Shown piece after piece: positions 30,961 through 38,963 of a stretch of 64,000 nucleotides of DNA. Location of the stretch: positions 352,001 to 416,000 of the forward strand of contig CAVPIB010000004.1 in NCBI GenBank assembly GCA_963704885.1, given 5' to 3'. Position 1 is the first letter of the stretch. Every line of letters starts with the position of its first letter. A model generated the notes under the pieces. That model made no database searches and had not been told where the DNA came from. It saw nothing but the letters and a program-made list of their open reading frames with translations. The stretch is from an uncultured Actinomycetes bacterium. Its GTDB lineage: Bacteria > Actinomycetota > UBA4738 > HRBIN12. Position numbers and translations under genes: made by a program.

Positions 30961-32064
30961 CTATCGTAGCGGCCCGAGCGCGATCGCCTGCTCGTAGCAT
31001 CCCATCAGTCTCCTGGTGACCGTCGCCCAGTCGAAGGTGCGCGCTCGGGCCCGTCCGGCAGCGCTCAGGCGAGCCGCCAGGTCGGGTTCGTCCAGGATGG
31101 TGCCCAAGGCGGCCGCGAGCGCGACCTGATCTCCCGGGGCCACCAGCAGACCATCCACGCCGTGCCGCACCACCTCGTCGTACCCAGGGATGTCGCTCGC
31201 CACGACCGGCAGCCCGGCCGCCATCGCCTCCACCAGCACGATCCCGAAGCTCTCCCCACCGACCGACGCCCCCAGGAAGAGGTCGCAGGCCGCGTGGTAC
31301 GGCGGCAGATCGGTGTTGGTCACGGCTCCGATCATCGATACGCGATCGCGTGTTTCCGCCGGTAGTACGTCCACAGCGGATCGCTCCGGTCCGTCGCCGA
31401 CGACGATCAGTCGCAGGTCCGGCCGCTCGGACGCCGATCTCGCGAACGCACCGACCGCGGTCCGGAACCCTTTGCGTTCATCGAGCCGACCGACGAACAG
31501 AAGCTTGGTGCCCGGACCGAGGTCCGCGGGCTCGGCGTTCGCGAAGCGGTCCACGTCGATGCCGTTCGGCACTATCCGGAAGGAGCCGCCGATCCTGGGG
31601 GCCACGAACCGCTCCGCGGCGCGTGACACGGCGATCCGAACCACGATGCGTCTGGTGACGTGGCGGATCAGCGGCGCGGCCGCAGAGAAGAGCCGCGACC
31701 CCTGAGCGCCGGAGTGGAAGGTCGCAACCACCGGCGCCCGGGACGCGAGCGTCGCCCACATCGACGTACTCGGGGTCTCGGGCTCGTGCGCATGCAGGAC
31801 GTCGGGACGGAACTCCCTAAGCGCGTCTCTGACCGCCCGATACGACAGCGGACTGGGATCGATAGGGGCGCTGGAGGCGTTGTACCGCAGGTTGATCGGC
31901 CGGCCGACCACCCGAACCCACGGCTCCGGGACCGCCCGCCGCGCTGGTGCGAGGACCTGGACATCATGGCCCTCGTCCATCAAGCGGCCCGCGAGCTCCC
32001 GGATGTGCACCTGAACCCCGCCCGCGTCCTCCCAGGCGTACGGGCAAGCCAGAGCGATCCTCAC
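30961..32064 (-). CDS. pimA: GT4 glycosyltransferase, PimA-like phosphatidylinositol alpha-mannosyltransferase
   Basis: RIALACPY..GGVQ.H, HEP, VPNGID, FVGRLDERKG, ESFGIVLVEAMAAG. pgsA-acyltransferase-pimA synteny. Confidence 0.85.
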   Translation of the reverse strand: MRIALACPYAWEDAGGVQVHIRELAGRLMDEGHDVQVLAPARRAVPEPWVRVVGRPINLRYNASSAPIDPSPLSYRAVRDALREFRPDVLHAHEPETPSTSMWATLASRAPVVATFHSGAQGSRLFSAAAPLIRHVTRRIVVRIAVSRAAERFVAPRIGGSFRIVPNGIDVDRFANAEPADLGPGTKLLFVGRLDERKGFRTAVGAFARSASERPDLRLIVVGDGPERSAVDVLPAETRDRVSMIGAVTNTDLPPYHAACDLFLGASVGGESFGIVLVEAMAAGLPVVASDIPGYDEVVRHGVDGLLVAPGDQVALAAALGTILDEPDLAARLSAAGRARARTFDWATVTRRLMGCYEQAIALGPLR

Positions 32065-32984
32065 GGATCCCAGCCGGGTTGGAACATGTGCCAGTCCGAC
32101 GGCGCGGCGGAGATCGCCTCCTCGAACCCCCGCGCCATCTTGGCGGTGAGGGCCTGCACGTCGGCACGACGATCCCCGGTCGGCTCCACGGTGATGGGTT
32201 CGCCGATGTGGAGACGCCATCCACCCGGGGTCGTGTACGTCGGGGTGACCAAGAGCGGCGCGCCCGTGGTGATCGACAGTAGGGCGGGTCCGGCAGGAAG
32301 CCGCCTGGGTCGGCCGAACATCTCCACGTCGACGCCGCGTCCGCTGAAGTCTCGGTCGGCGACGAGCGCGACCACCTGGTTAGCCGCGATCGCTCTCACC
32401 AGGCGGCCCCCCACGTTCGCATCCGAGAGACCGATGATCTGCATCCCCAGCGCTTGCCGGTGACTCAGGAAGAGCTCGTACAGCCGCCGGGGATGGAGCT
32501 CCTCCGCCACGGCGACCAAGGGCAGATCGATCGCTTTCATCCAGCGACCCACCGCATCCCAGTTGCCGAGGTGTGGCAGGACCGCGATCACGCCGGTGCC
32601 GGCGGCCAATGGAGCGCGGAGCCGGTCGACGGTCTCGCACTCCATCCTGTCCATGATCTGCGCATCCGAGAGCTTGGTGAGATGGAACGAGTCCACCCAA
32701 TAGCGCGAGTAGAGGGCGAAGGCTTCCTCCGCCGACGCGCGTACGAGAGGATCCTCGATGGGTCTCCCGAGCACCTGGGCCTGGTTCGCTAGCACGACCG
32801 CACGGGCACGGGGAGCTATGTGGAACGCCATCCGTCCTGCCCGCGTGAAGATCGCCCTGCCCGTCTTCTCGGGAAGGACGAGCGCCAAGCGTTCGAGCGC
32901 CTGATAGGCGAGGACGATCGCGCGCTCCTTCGGGGTCTCTGGCGCAGCTCCGGTGACCGTCGGCTCGTCGAGCGCTTGGGTCAA
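32061..32984 (-). CDS. Phosphatidylinositol mannoside acyltransferase (PatA / lipid A acyltransferase family)
   Basis: YSRYWVDSF, PHLGNWD, ALVADRD, FG...LPAGPA, DWHMFQP. Start at TTG 32984, overlapping the upstream stop. Confidence 0.88.
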   Translation of the reverse strand: MTQALDEPTVTGAAPETPKERAIVLAYQALERLALVLPEKTGRAIFTRAGRMAFHIAPRARAVVLANQAQVLGRPIEDPLVRASAEEAFALYSRYWVDSFHLTKLSDAQIMDRMECETVDRLRAPLAAGTGVIAVLPHLGNWDAVGRWMKAIDLPLVAVAEELHPRRLYELFLSHRQALGMQIIGLSDANVGGRLVRAIAANQVVALVADRDFSGRGVDVEMFGRPRRLPAGPALLSITTGAPLLVTPTYTTPGGWRLHIGEPITVEPTGDRRADVQALTAKMARGFEEAISAAPSDWHMFQPGWDP

Positions 32985-33511
32985 GCGCGTTCCTCCTTCG
33001 CCACCTGGCTCGTGCGTACCGCCACCGCCGCCACCATCAGCCCGGCGGCGACCCAAACCGTCCAGGCCAGCCAACCGAACGCCAAGCCCACCACGATCAG
33101 CGCGTACCGGACGCCTCGCGTCACATGGCTCTCCTCGACCGTGTATCGGAGCGCTGCCCCCCGCGCGCGCACGTAGGAGGAGAGGAAGCTCGCGCCAAGC
33201 GCCACCAGCGCTCCCGCGGCGATGGCCGGCGCCGGTTCGCGAGCGGCCCAGGCGATCGGCGCCAGGACGGCCCCGTCCCACAGTCGGTCCAAGATCTCGT
33301 CCAGCATCCGGTCGAGCGCGTCGCCCGCTCCATGGTTGGCTCGGTGCCCGCCTATGAGTAGGCAGATGCCGGAGGCCCCGGCCGCCAAGGCCGCCGGGAC
33401 GTTGCGGCCGAGGAGGATCAACGCCCCGGCCATAAGAGCCAGCACGGCTCCCCCCACGAGGGACAGCCGTGTGGCGGTCGTGCGGGGACGAACCGGGAGG
33501 TGGGTGGCCAT
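32981..33511 (-). CDS. CDP-alcohol phosphatidyltransferase-like (PgsA / PIP synthase position) with degenerate motif
   Basis: Multi-TM protein with LDEILDRLWDG, SYVRARG and VRTSQV, in the pgsA position of the PIM operon. The DxxDGxxAR half-motif is absent. Confidence 0.75.
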   Translation of the reverse strand: MATHLPVRPRTTATRLSLVGGAVLALMAGALILLGRNVPAALAAGASGICLLIGGHRANHGAGDALDRMLDEILDRLWDGAVLAPIAWAAREPAPAIAAGALVALGASFLSSYVRARGAALRYTVEESHVTRGVRYALIVVGLAFGWLAWTVWVAAGLMVAAVAVRTSQVAKEERA

Positions 33512-33571
33512 CGGGTCGGCGCGAGCGTAGCACTCTCGTAGAATCGCCCGAGTCCCGCCACTAAGGAGTCC

Positions 33572-35665
33572 GTGTTGAAGACCTACGACGCGAAGGACAT
33601 CCGCAACGTCTTGCTGGTAGGCCACGGCGGCTCCGGGAAGACCACGCTCCTGGAGGCCATGCTCTTCACCTCAGGTGCGATCACCCGCATGGGCACCGTC
33701 GAGGATGGCAACACCGTCTCGGATCACGATCCCGACGAACAGCGCAAGGGCATCTCCGTCTCGCTCTCCATGGCCCCGGTCGAATGGGAGGGAGTGAAGA
33801 TCAACGTCCTCGACGCGCCGGGCTACGCCGACTTCATCGGCGATCTGCGCTCGGCGGTCCGCGCCGTGGACGCGGTCATAGTCGTCGTCTCGGCGGTGGA
33901 TGGGGTCGAGGTCCAGACCGAGGCGGCGTGGGAGCTCGCCGTCGAAGCGGGCCTGCCCCGCGCCATCTTCGTCAACAAGCTCGACCGCGAGCGCTCTTCC
34001 TTCCAGGGCACCCTGGATCAGCTCGTCTCGTCCTTCGGTAACCAGGTGGCGCCGCTCGAGCTCCCGATCGGCGCCGAGCACGAGTTCTCGGGCGTCGCCG
34101 ACCTCCTGCACGAGAAGGCGGATCTGTACCCGAGCGGTCCTATCGCGCAGGAGGGTGAGTGGCCCGATGAGATCCACGCCATCGCCGACCCCGCCCGCGA
34201 GAAGCTCATGGAAGCCGTGGCCGAGGGTGACGACGACCTGATCGAGAAGTACCTGGAAGACGGCGCGCTCGAGGAGCACGAGATCGTGACCGGCGTCAAG
34301 ACCGGGTTCGCGAACGCGCGGATCGCGCCGGTGATCTGCGGCTCGGCCGCTAAGGCGATAGGGGTCGACCGACTGCTGGCGTTCATAACGGAGGAGTTCC
34401 CCTCCCCGCTCGACCGCGCACCCGTCGAGGTGAGCGGGAAGACCGGCGACCCCAAGGAGCGCGCGAGCGATCCCGGTGGACCCACGACGGCGTTCGTCTT
34501 CAAGACGGTCTCAGACCCGTTCGTGGGACACATCACCATGTTCCGGGTCTTCTGCGGCAAGGTCCGTCCCGACTCCTCAGTGTTCAACGCGACCCAGAAC
34601 ACGGAGGAACGGGTTGGACAGCTGTTCGCCCTGCGCGGCAAGGAACACGAGAGCGTATCCGAGGTGGCCGCCGGCGACATCGGGGCGGTAGCCAAGCTCA
34701 CGCACACCCACACGGGCGACACGCTGTCCACCAAGGACGACCCCGTTCAGCTTCCCGCGATCGATCTGCCCGAGCCCTTGCTGGCCTACGCAGTGGAGCC
34801 CAAGACCAAGGGCGACGAGGACAAGCTCTCCACGGGCCTCGCGCGCCTGCGCGAGGAGGACCCCACGCTGCGCGTGGCCCGCTCGGACGAGACGCACGAG
34901 ACCGTGATGTATGGCATGGGCGAGGCGCACCTCGACGTGCAGATCGCGCGGCTCAAGCGGAAGTTCGGCGTGGAGGTGGCCACGCATCCCGCGAAGATCG
35001 CCTACCGCGAGACGATCAAGAAGAAGGCCAAAGGGCTGGGTCGACACGTGAAGCAGACCGGCGGCCACGGCCAGTACGCGGTGTGCAACATCGAGCTGGA
35101 ACCGGTGCCCCGCGGTGACGGATTCATCTACGAGAACAAGATCTTCGGTGGTGCGATCCCCTCGCAGTTCATCCCGTCGATCGAGAAGGGCATCGTGAAG
35201 ACAATGTCCGACGGCGTGATCAGCGGCAACCCCATGGTCGACATCAAGGTCACGCTAGTCGATGGCAAGTTCCACCCCGTCGACTCCTCGGACATGGCGT
35301 TCCAGATCGCGGGCTCGCTCGCTCTCAAGGATGCCGTCGAGGCCGCGGGCGTCGTGCTGCTGGAGCCCGTGGTCGACCTGGATGTCATCGTGCCCGACAC
35401 ATACACCGGCGACATCATGGGTGACCTCAACACCAAGCGCGGCAAGATCGGCGGCATGGAGCAGATCGGCGGAGGGAAGCAGCGGATCCATGCCCAGGTG
35501 CCGCAGGCCGAAGTGGCCCGGTACGTGATCGACCTCCGTTCCATGACCGGCGGCAGGGGCGCGTTCTCCATGGCCTTCTCTCACTACGAAGAGCTCCCGA
35601 GCCATCTGACACAGAAGGTCATCGCGGCGTATCAGACGGCCCGCGAGGAGGCACACAAGAAGTAG
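33572..35665 (+). CDS. Elongation factor G-like protein (EF-G2)
   Basis: IRNVLLVGHGGSGKTT, DAPGYADF, NKLD, GMGEAHL, KQTGGHGQY, VDSSDMAF. Divergent switch I (RKGISV). Outside the str operon. Confidence 0.93.
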   Translation: MLKTYDAKDIRNVLLVGHGGSGKTTLLEAMLFTSGAITRMGTVEDGNTVSDHDPDEQRKGISVSLSMAPVEWEGVKINVLDAPGYADFIGDLRSAVRAVDAVIVVVSAVDGVEVQTEAAWELAVEAGLPRAIFVNKLDRERSSFQGTLDQLVSSFGNQVAPLELPIGAEHEFSGVADLLHEKADLYPSGPIAQEGEWPDEIHAIADPAREKLMEAVAEGDDDLIEKYLEDGALEEHEIVTGVKTGFANARIAPVICGSAAKAIGVDRLLAFITEEFPSPLDRAPVEVSGKTGDPKERASDPGGPTTAFVFKTVSDPFVGHITMFRVFCGKVRPDSSVFNATQNTEERVGQLFALRGKEHESVSEVAAGDIGAVAKLTHTHTGDTLSTKDDPVQLPAIDLPEPLLAYAVEPKTKGDEDKLSTGLARLREEDPTLRVARSDETHETVMYGMGEAHLDVQIARLKRKFGVEVATHPAKIAYRETIKKKAKGLGRHVKQTGGHGQYAVCNIELEPVPRGDGFIYENKIFGGAIPSQFIPSIEKGIVKTMSDGVISGNPMVDIKVTLVDGKFHPVDSSDMAFQIAGSLALKDAVEAAGVVLLEPVVDLDVIVPDTYTGDIMGDLNTKRGKIGGMEQIGGGKQRIHAQVPQAEVARYVIDLRSMTGGRGAFSMAFSHYEELPSHLTQKVIAAYQTAREEAHKK

Positions 35666-35689
35666 CGGGTCTCAGGTTACTAGTCTGCC

Positions 35690-36508
35690 TCAGACTACCT
35701 CCGCCAGGAACCCGAGCAGGAGCCGGTCGAACTCCTGTGGGACGCGTAGGTTGACGACGTGATCCGCCCCGGGAACGGTCACCTTCCGAGCACCGAGGAT
35801 GCCCAGGGCGATCAGCTCACTGACCCGGCGCGCGTACGGCGGATCATGCTCGGGTAACAGCACCAGGGTGGGGACGTCGATCTCGGAGAGCCTGTGCGCG
35901 GCCGGCGGATCCAGCTCCTCGTGCGCGGCCTCGTCCATGGTCATCTCGTGCAGGTTGTCGAAGGCGATGCTGCGGATCCGGCTCCCGGGCTCATCCTGCG
36001 TGCCGAGCGGCGCCCATATCCGCAGACGTAGTTCCTCCGCCGCCACCAGATCGCCGGCATCGATCGCGGCGTCGATGGGCGCCGAAACCTCCTCCCACCA
36101 GTCGTCCTCCTCCTGGAGCGCCTCGAACCCACCCAACGCCGAGGCCACCGGCACCAACGCGCTGACGCGATCCGGGTGCTCCAGCGTGAAGTCGATCGCG
36201 ACCCCGCCGCCCATGGAGCAACCGACCAGCACCGTCTGCTCTGATCCTGCGGCATCCAGGACTGAGACGAGGTCCCGGACGTTCGAGTAGGGCTCTCCGG
36301 TGAGGCGGCTGGATCGCCCGTAACCACGCAGGTCGTACCTGATGACCCTGTAACCCGCGTCGGCCAGGACGGGGACCTGTGGGTTCCAGGTCCTGGAGTC
36401 CCAGAGTCCCGGATGGATGAGTGTCACGTCCCGGCCGGCACCCGTCACCTCGTAGTAGAGGCGACCGCCGGGAACCTCGAGGAACGACGACCCTTCGGGC
36501 TCGCTCAC
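35690..36508 (-). CDS. Alpha/beta-fold hydrolase
   Basis: YDLRGYGRS, nucleophile elbow GCSMGG, C-terminal ADH. Confidence 0.9.
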   Translation of the reverse strand: MSEPEGSSFLEVPGGRLYYEVTGAGRDVTLIHPGLWDSRTWNPQVPVLADAGYRVIRYDLRGYGRSSRLTGEPYSNVRDLVSVLDAAGSEQTVLVGCSMGGGVAIDFTLEHPDRVSALVPVASALGGFEALQEEDDWWEEVSAPIDAAIDAGDLVAAEELRLRIWAPLGTQDEPGSRIRSIAFDNLHEMTMDEAAHEELDPPAAHRLSEIDVPTLVLLPEHDPPYARRVSELIALGILGARKVTVPGADHVVNLRVPQEFDRLLLGFLAEVV

Positions 36509-36993
36509 GGATCGAACCTGGGTTTCAGCCGCGCGAACGTCTCGGCCAACAGCTGCGGTAGCACGCGCGTCTCCCCCACGACCGGCATGAAGTTCGAGTC
36601 GCCCCCCCAGCGCGGCACGATGTGCCAGTGGAGGTGGTCGGGGATACCGGCCCCGGCGACTCTGCCGAGGTTAACCCCGACGTTGAAGCCGTGAGGATCG
36701 GATTCGGCACGCAGCGCTCGGACCGATCGCTGCATGAGATCCGCGATCTCCGCGTTCTCGCCGGCGGTAAGGGCGTCCAGCTCGCCGACGTGCCGGAGCG
36801 GCAGCACCAGCAGGTGGCCGGGGTTGTACGGGTACTTCGCCAAGGTCACGAACGCGAGCTCGCTCTGCGCGAGGATCCGCTCCTCGACCGGCCCCACGCC
36901 GGCCACGATCGCGCAGAAGACGCAGCCACCGTCCTCGGCTTCCTTGGCGGACTCGATGTACTGCATCCGCCAGGGACTCCAGAGGTGCTCCAC
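36505..36993 (-). CDS. HIT-family protein (Ap4A phosphorylase-like)
   Basis: LWSPWR.YI, CVFC, YPYNPGH, GFNVGVNLGRVAGAGIPDHLHWHIVPRW. Confidence 0.92.
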   Translation of the reverse strand: MEHLWSPWRMQYIESAKEAEDGGCVFCAIVAGVGPVEERILAQSELAFVTLAKYPYNPGHLLVLPLRHVGELDALTAGENAEIADLMQRSVRALRAESDPHGFNVGVNLGRVAGAGIPDHLHWHIVPRWGGDSNFMPVVGETRVLPQLLAETFARLKPRFDP

Positions 36994-37000
36994 CCCGCCG

Positions 37001-38935
37001 TCAGCCCCCGAAGCGTGTCTGCTCGATAGCCCGCGACCCAACCTCTTGCACGAGCGCAGCCACCACGTCGTCGAACGCGAGCCCCGGGGTCTCGGTCCCC
37101 TCTCGATCGCGAACGGTGAAGGATCCGGCTTCGATGTCCCGGTCGCCCACCACGAGCGTGTACGGCGCCTTCATGAGCTGGGCGGCCCGGATCTTCTTGC
37201 CTACGGTCTCCTTCGAGTCGTCGACGAACGGGCGGAGGCCCGCCGCCCGAGCCTTTCCCGCGAGCTCCTCGCAGTGACCGACATGTCGGTCGGCCACAGG
37301 GACGAATCGGATGTGCTCGGGCGAGAGCCAGAGCGGGAACGCGCCAGCATAGTGCTCGATCAGCACCGCGCTGAATCGTTCCAACGTCCCCAGGATCGCT
37401 CTGTGCACCATCACCGGCCGGTGCCGCTTGTTGTCCTCGGCGGAGTACTCCATGTCGAATCGCTCGGGCAGCGCGAAGTCACACTGCACGGTCGTGAGCT
37501 GCCAGAGCCTCCCGATCGCATCCTTGAAGTGGAAGTCCACCTTCGGGCCATAGAACGCGCCCTCGCCCTCGGCCACCTCGTAGGCGAGCCCGCTCTTATC
37601 GAGCGCCTGCCGCAGCGCCTCCGTGGCGCGCTCCCACATCTCCGGCTCGCCGATAGCGAGCCCCGGCTTGGTGGACAGGTTCACTATCGGCTCGGAGAAC
37701 CCGAACGTGCGATGGATCTCGAGCGTCAGGTCGAAGACCGCGAGGATCTCATCCACCAACTGCTCCGGCGTGCAGATGATGTGTGAGTCGTCCTGGGTGC
37801 CGCCGCGGATCCGGAGCAACCCGTGGAGCGCACCCAGACGCTCGTATCGGTAGATGGTTCCGAGCTCGGAGATGCGCATCGGCAGGTCGCGATAAGAACG
37901 CACCTGCGACTTGTAGATCAGCACGTGAAACGGGCAGTTCATGGGCTTGACGAAGTACTCGTTGCCCTCGCCGTCGTCCATGACCGGATACATGTTGTCG
38001 ATGTACTTCGCGGTGTGACCGCTTGTATCCCACAGGTTCCGGCGTGCGAGGTGAGGGCTCACCACCAGGTCATAGCCGCGCTCCAAGTGCAGCTCGCGGA
38101 CGTAGTCCTCCAGCTCTTTACGGAAGATCCCGCCGCGGGCATGCCAGAGCCAGAGACCGGGACCCAGCTCGTCGGGCGAAGAGAACAGGTCGAGCTGTCG
38201 CCCAAGCTTGCGATGGTCCCGCCGCTCGGCCTCCTCCAGCCGCACCAGATAGGCGTCCAGGTCCGCCTGTTCGGCCCACGCCGTGCCGTAGATCCGAGTG
38301 AGCATGGGCCGCGACTCGTCGCCGCGCCAATAGGCCCCCGCCACGCTGGTCAGCTTGAACGCGCCCAGCCTTCCGGTGGAAGGAACATGCGGTCCGAGGC
38401 ACAGGTCGGCCCACCCGTCGTTCTGATACAGGGTGACGGAGTCACCCGAGCCAACTTCGCCCTCCTCGGCGCTCAGCCCCTCGACGATCTCGATCTTGAA
38501 CGGCTGATCCGTGAGGCGCTTCAGAGCCTCGGCCCGTGGGACCTCCTCGCGAACGAAGGGCTGATCCGACGCGACGATCTCACGCATCCGTTCCTCGATC
38601 GCCGGAAGGTCGTCGGATGACAGCGGCTGGGGCAGCTCGAAGTCGTAGTAGAAGCCGTCGTCGATCGCCGGGCCGATCGCGTACTTCGCGTCCGGGTACA
38701 GAGCACACACCGCCTGGGCCATGACGTGGGCCGTGGAGTGGCGCAGCACGTGCAGGCCATCTGCGTCCGTAAAGTTCACCGGGATGACGTCCGCATCTGC
38801 GTCCGGAACGAACGACAGATCGCGGAGCTCTCCATCCACCACGGCCGCGATGGCCTCGGCCGACAACCCGGACCCAACCGGCTCCCCCTCGGGAAGCTCG
38901 ATGTGCGATGCGTCGGGCAGGGTCAGGCGTGGCAT
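37001..38935 (-). CDS. thrS: Threonine--tRNA ligase
   Basis: RHSTAHVMAQAV, DLCLGPH, GAYWRGD, RDHRKLG, KPMNCPFH, YRYE, GAFYGPK. Probable leaderless ATG at 38935 (38944 is the alternative). Confidence 0.97.
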   Translation of the reverse strand: MPRLTLPDASHIELPEGEPVGSGLSAEAIAAVVDGELRDLSFVPDADADVIPVNFTDADGLHVLRHSTAHVMAQAVCALYPDAKYAIGPAIDDGFYYDFELPQPLSSDDLPAIEERMREIVASDQPFVREEVPRAEALKRLTDQPFKIEIVEGLSAEEGEVGSGDSVTLYQNDGWADLCLGPHVPSTGRLGAFKLTSVAGAYWRGDESRPMLTRIYGTAWAEQADLDAYLVRLEEAERRDHRKLGRQLDLFSSPDELGPGLWLWHARGGIFRKELEDYVRELHLERGYDLVVSPHLARRNLWDTSGHTAKYIDNMYPVMDDGEGNEYFVKPMNCPFHVLIYKSQVRSYRDLPMRISELGTIYRYERLGALHGLLRIRGGTQDDSHIICTPEQLVDEILAVFDLTLEIHRTFGFSEPIVNLSTKPGLAIGEPEMWERATEALRQALDKSGLAYEVAEGEGAFYGPKVDFHFKDAIGRLWQLTTVQCDFALPERFDMEYSAEDNKRHRPVMVHRAILGTLERFSAVLIEHYAGAFPLWLSPEHIRFVPVADRHVGHCEELAGKARAAGLRPFVDDSKETVGKKIRAAQLMKAPYTLVVGDRDIEAGSFTVRDREGTETPGLAFDDVVAALVQEVGSRAIEQTRFGG

Positions 38936-38963
38936 GCGCGCCATGATATCGGCCGCCGCCCCG

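Noticed and set aside
33572-35665. Second EF-G-like gene as a novelty or resistance factor
   Set aside because: EF-G2 near thrS-HIT-pgsA is a known actinobacterial arrangement, and the sequence is EF-G-like rather than TetM-like.
7599-38960. T-box leaders before alaS, aspS, hisS and thrS
   Set aside because: The intergenic gaps are only about 1-30 nt, leaving no room for a T-box.
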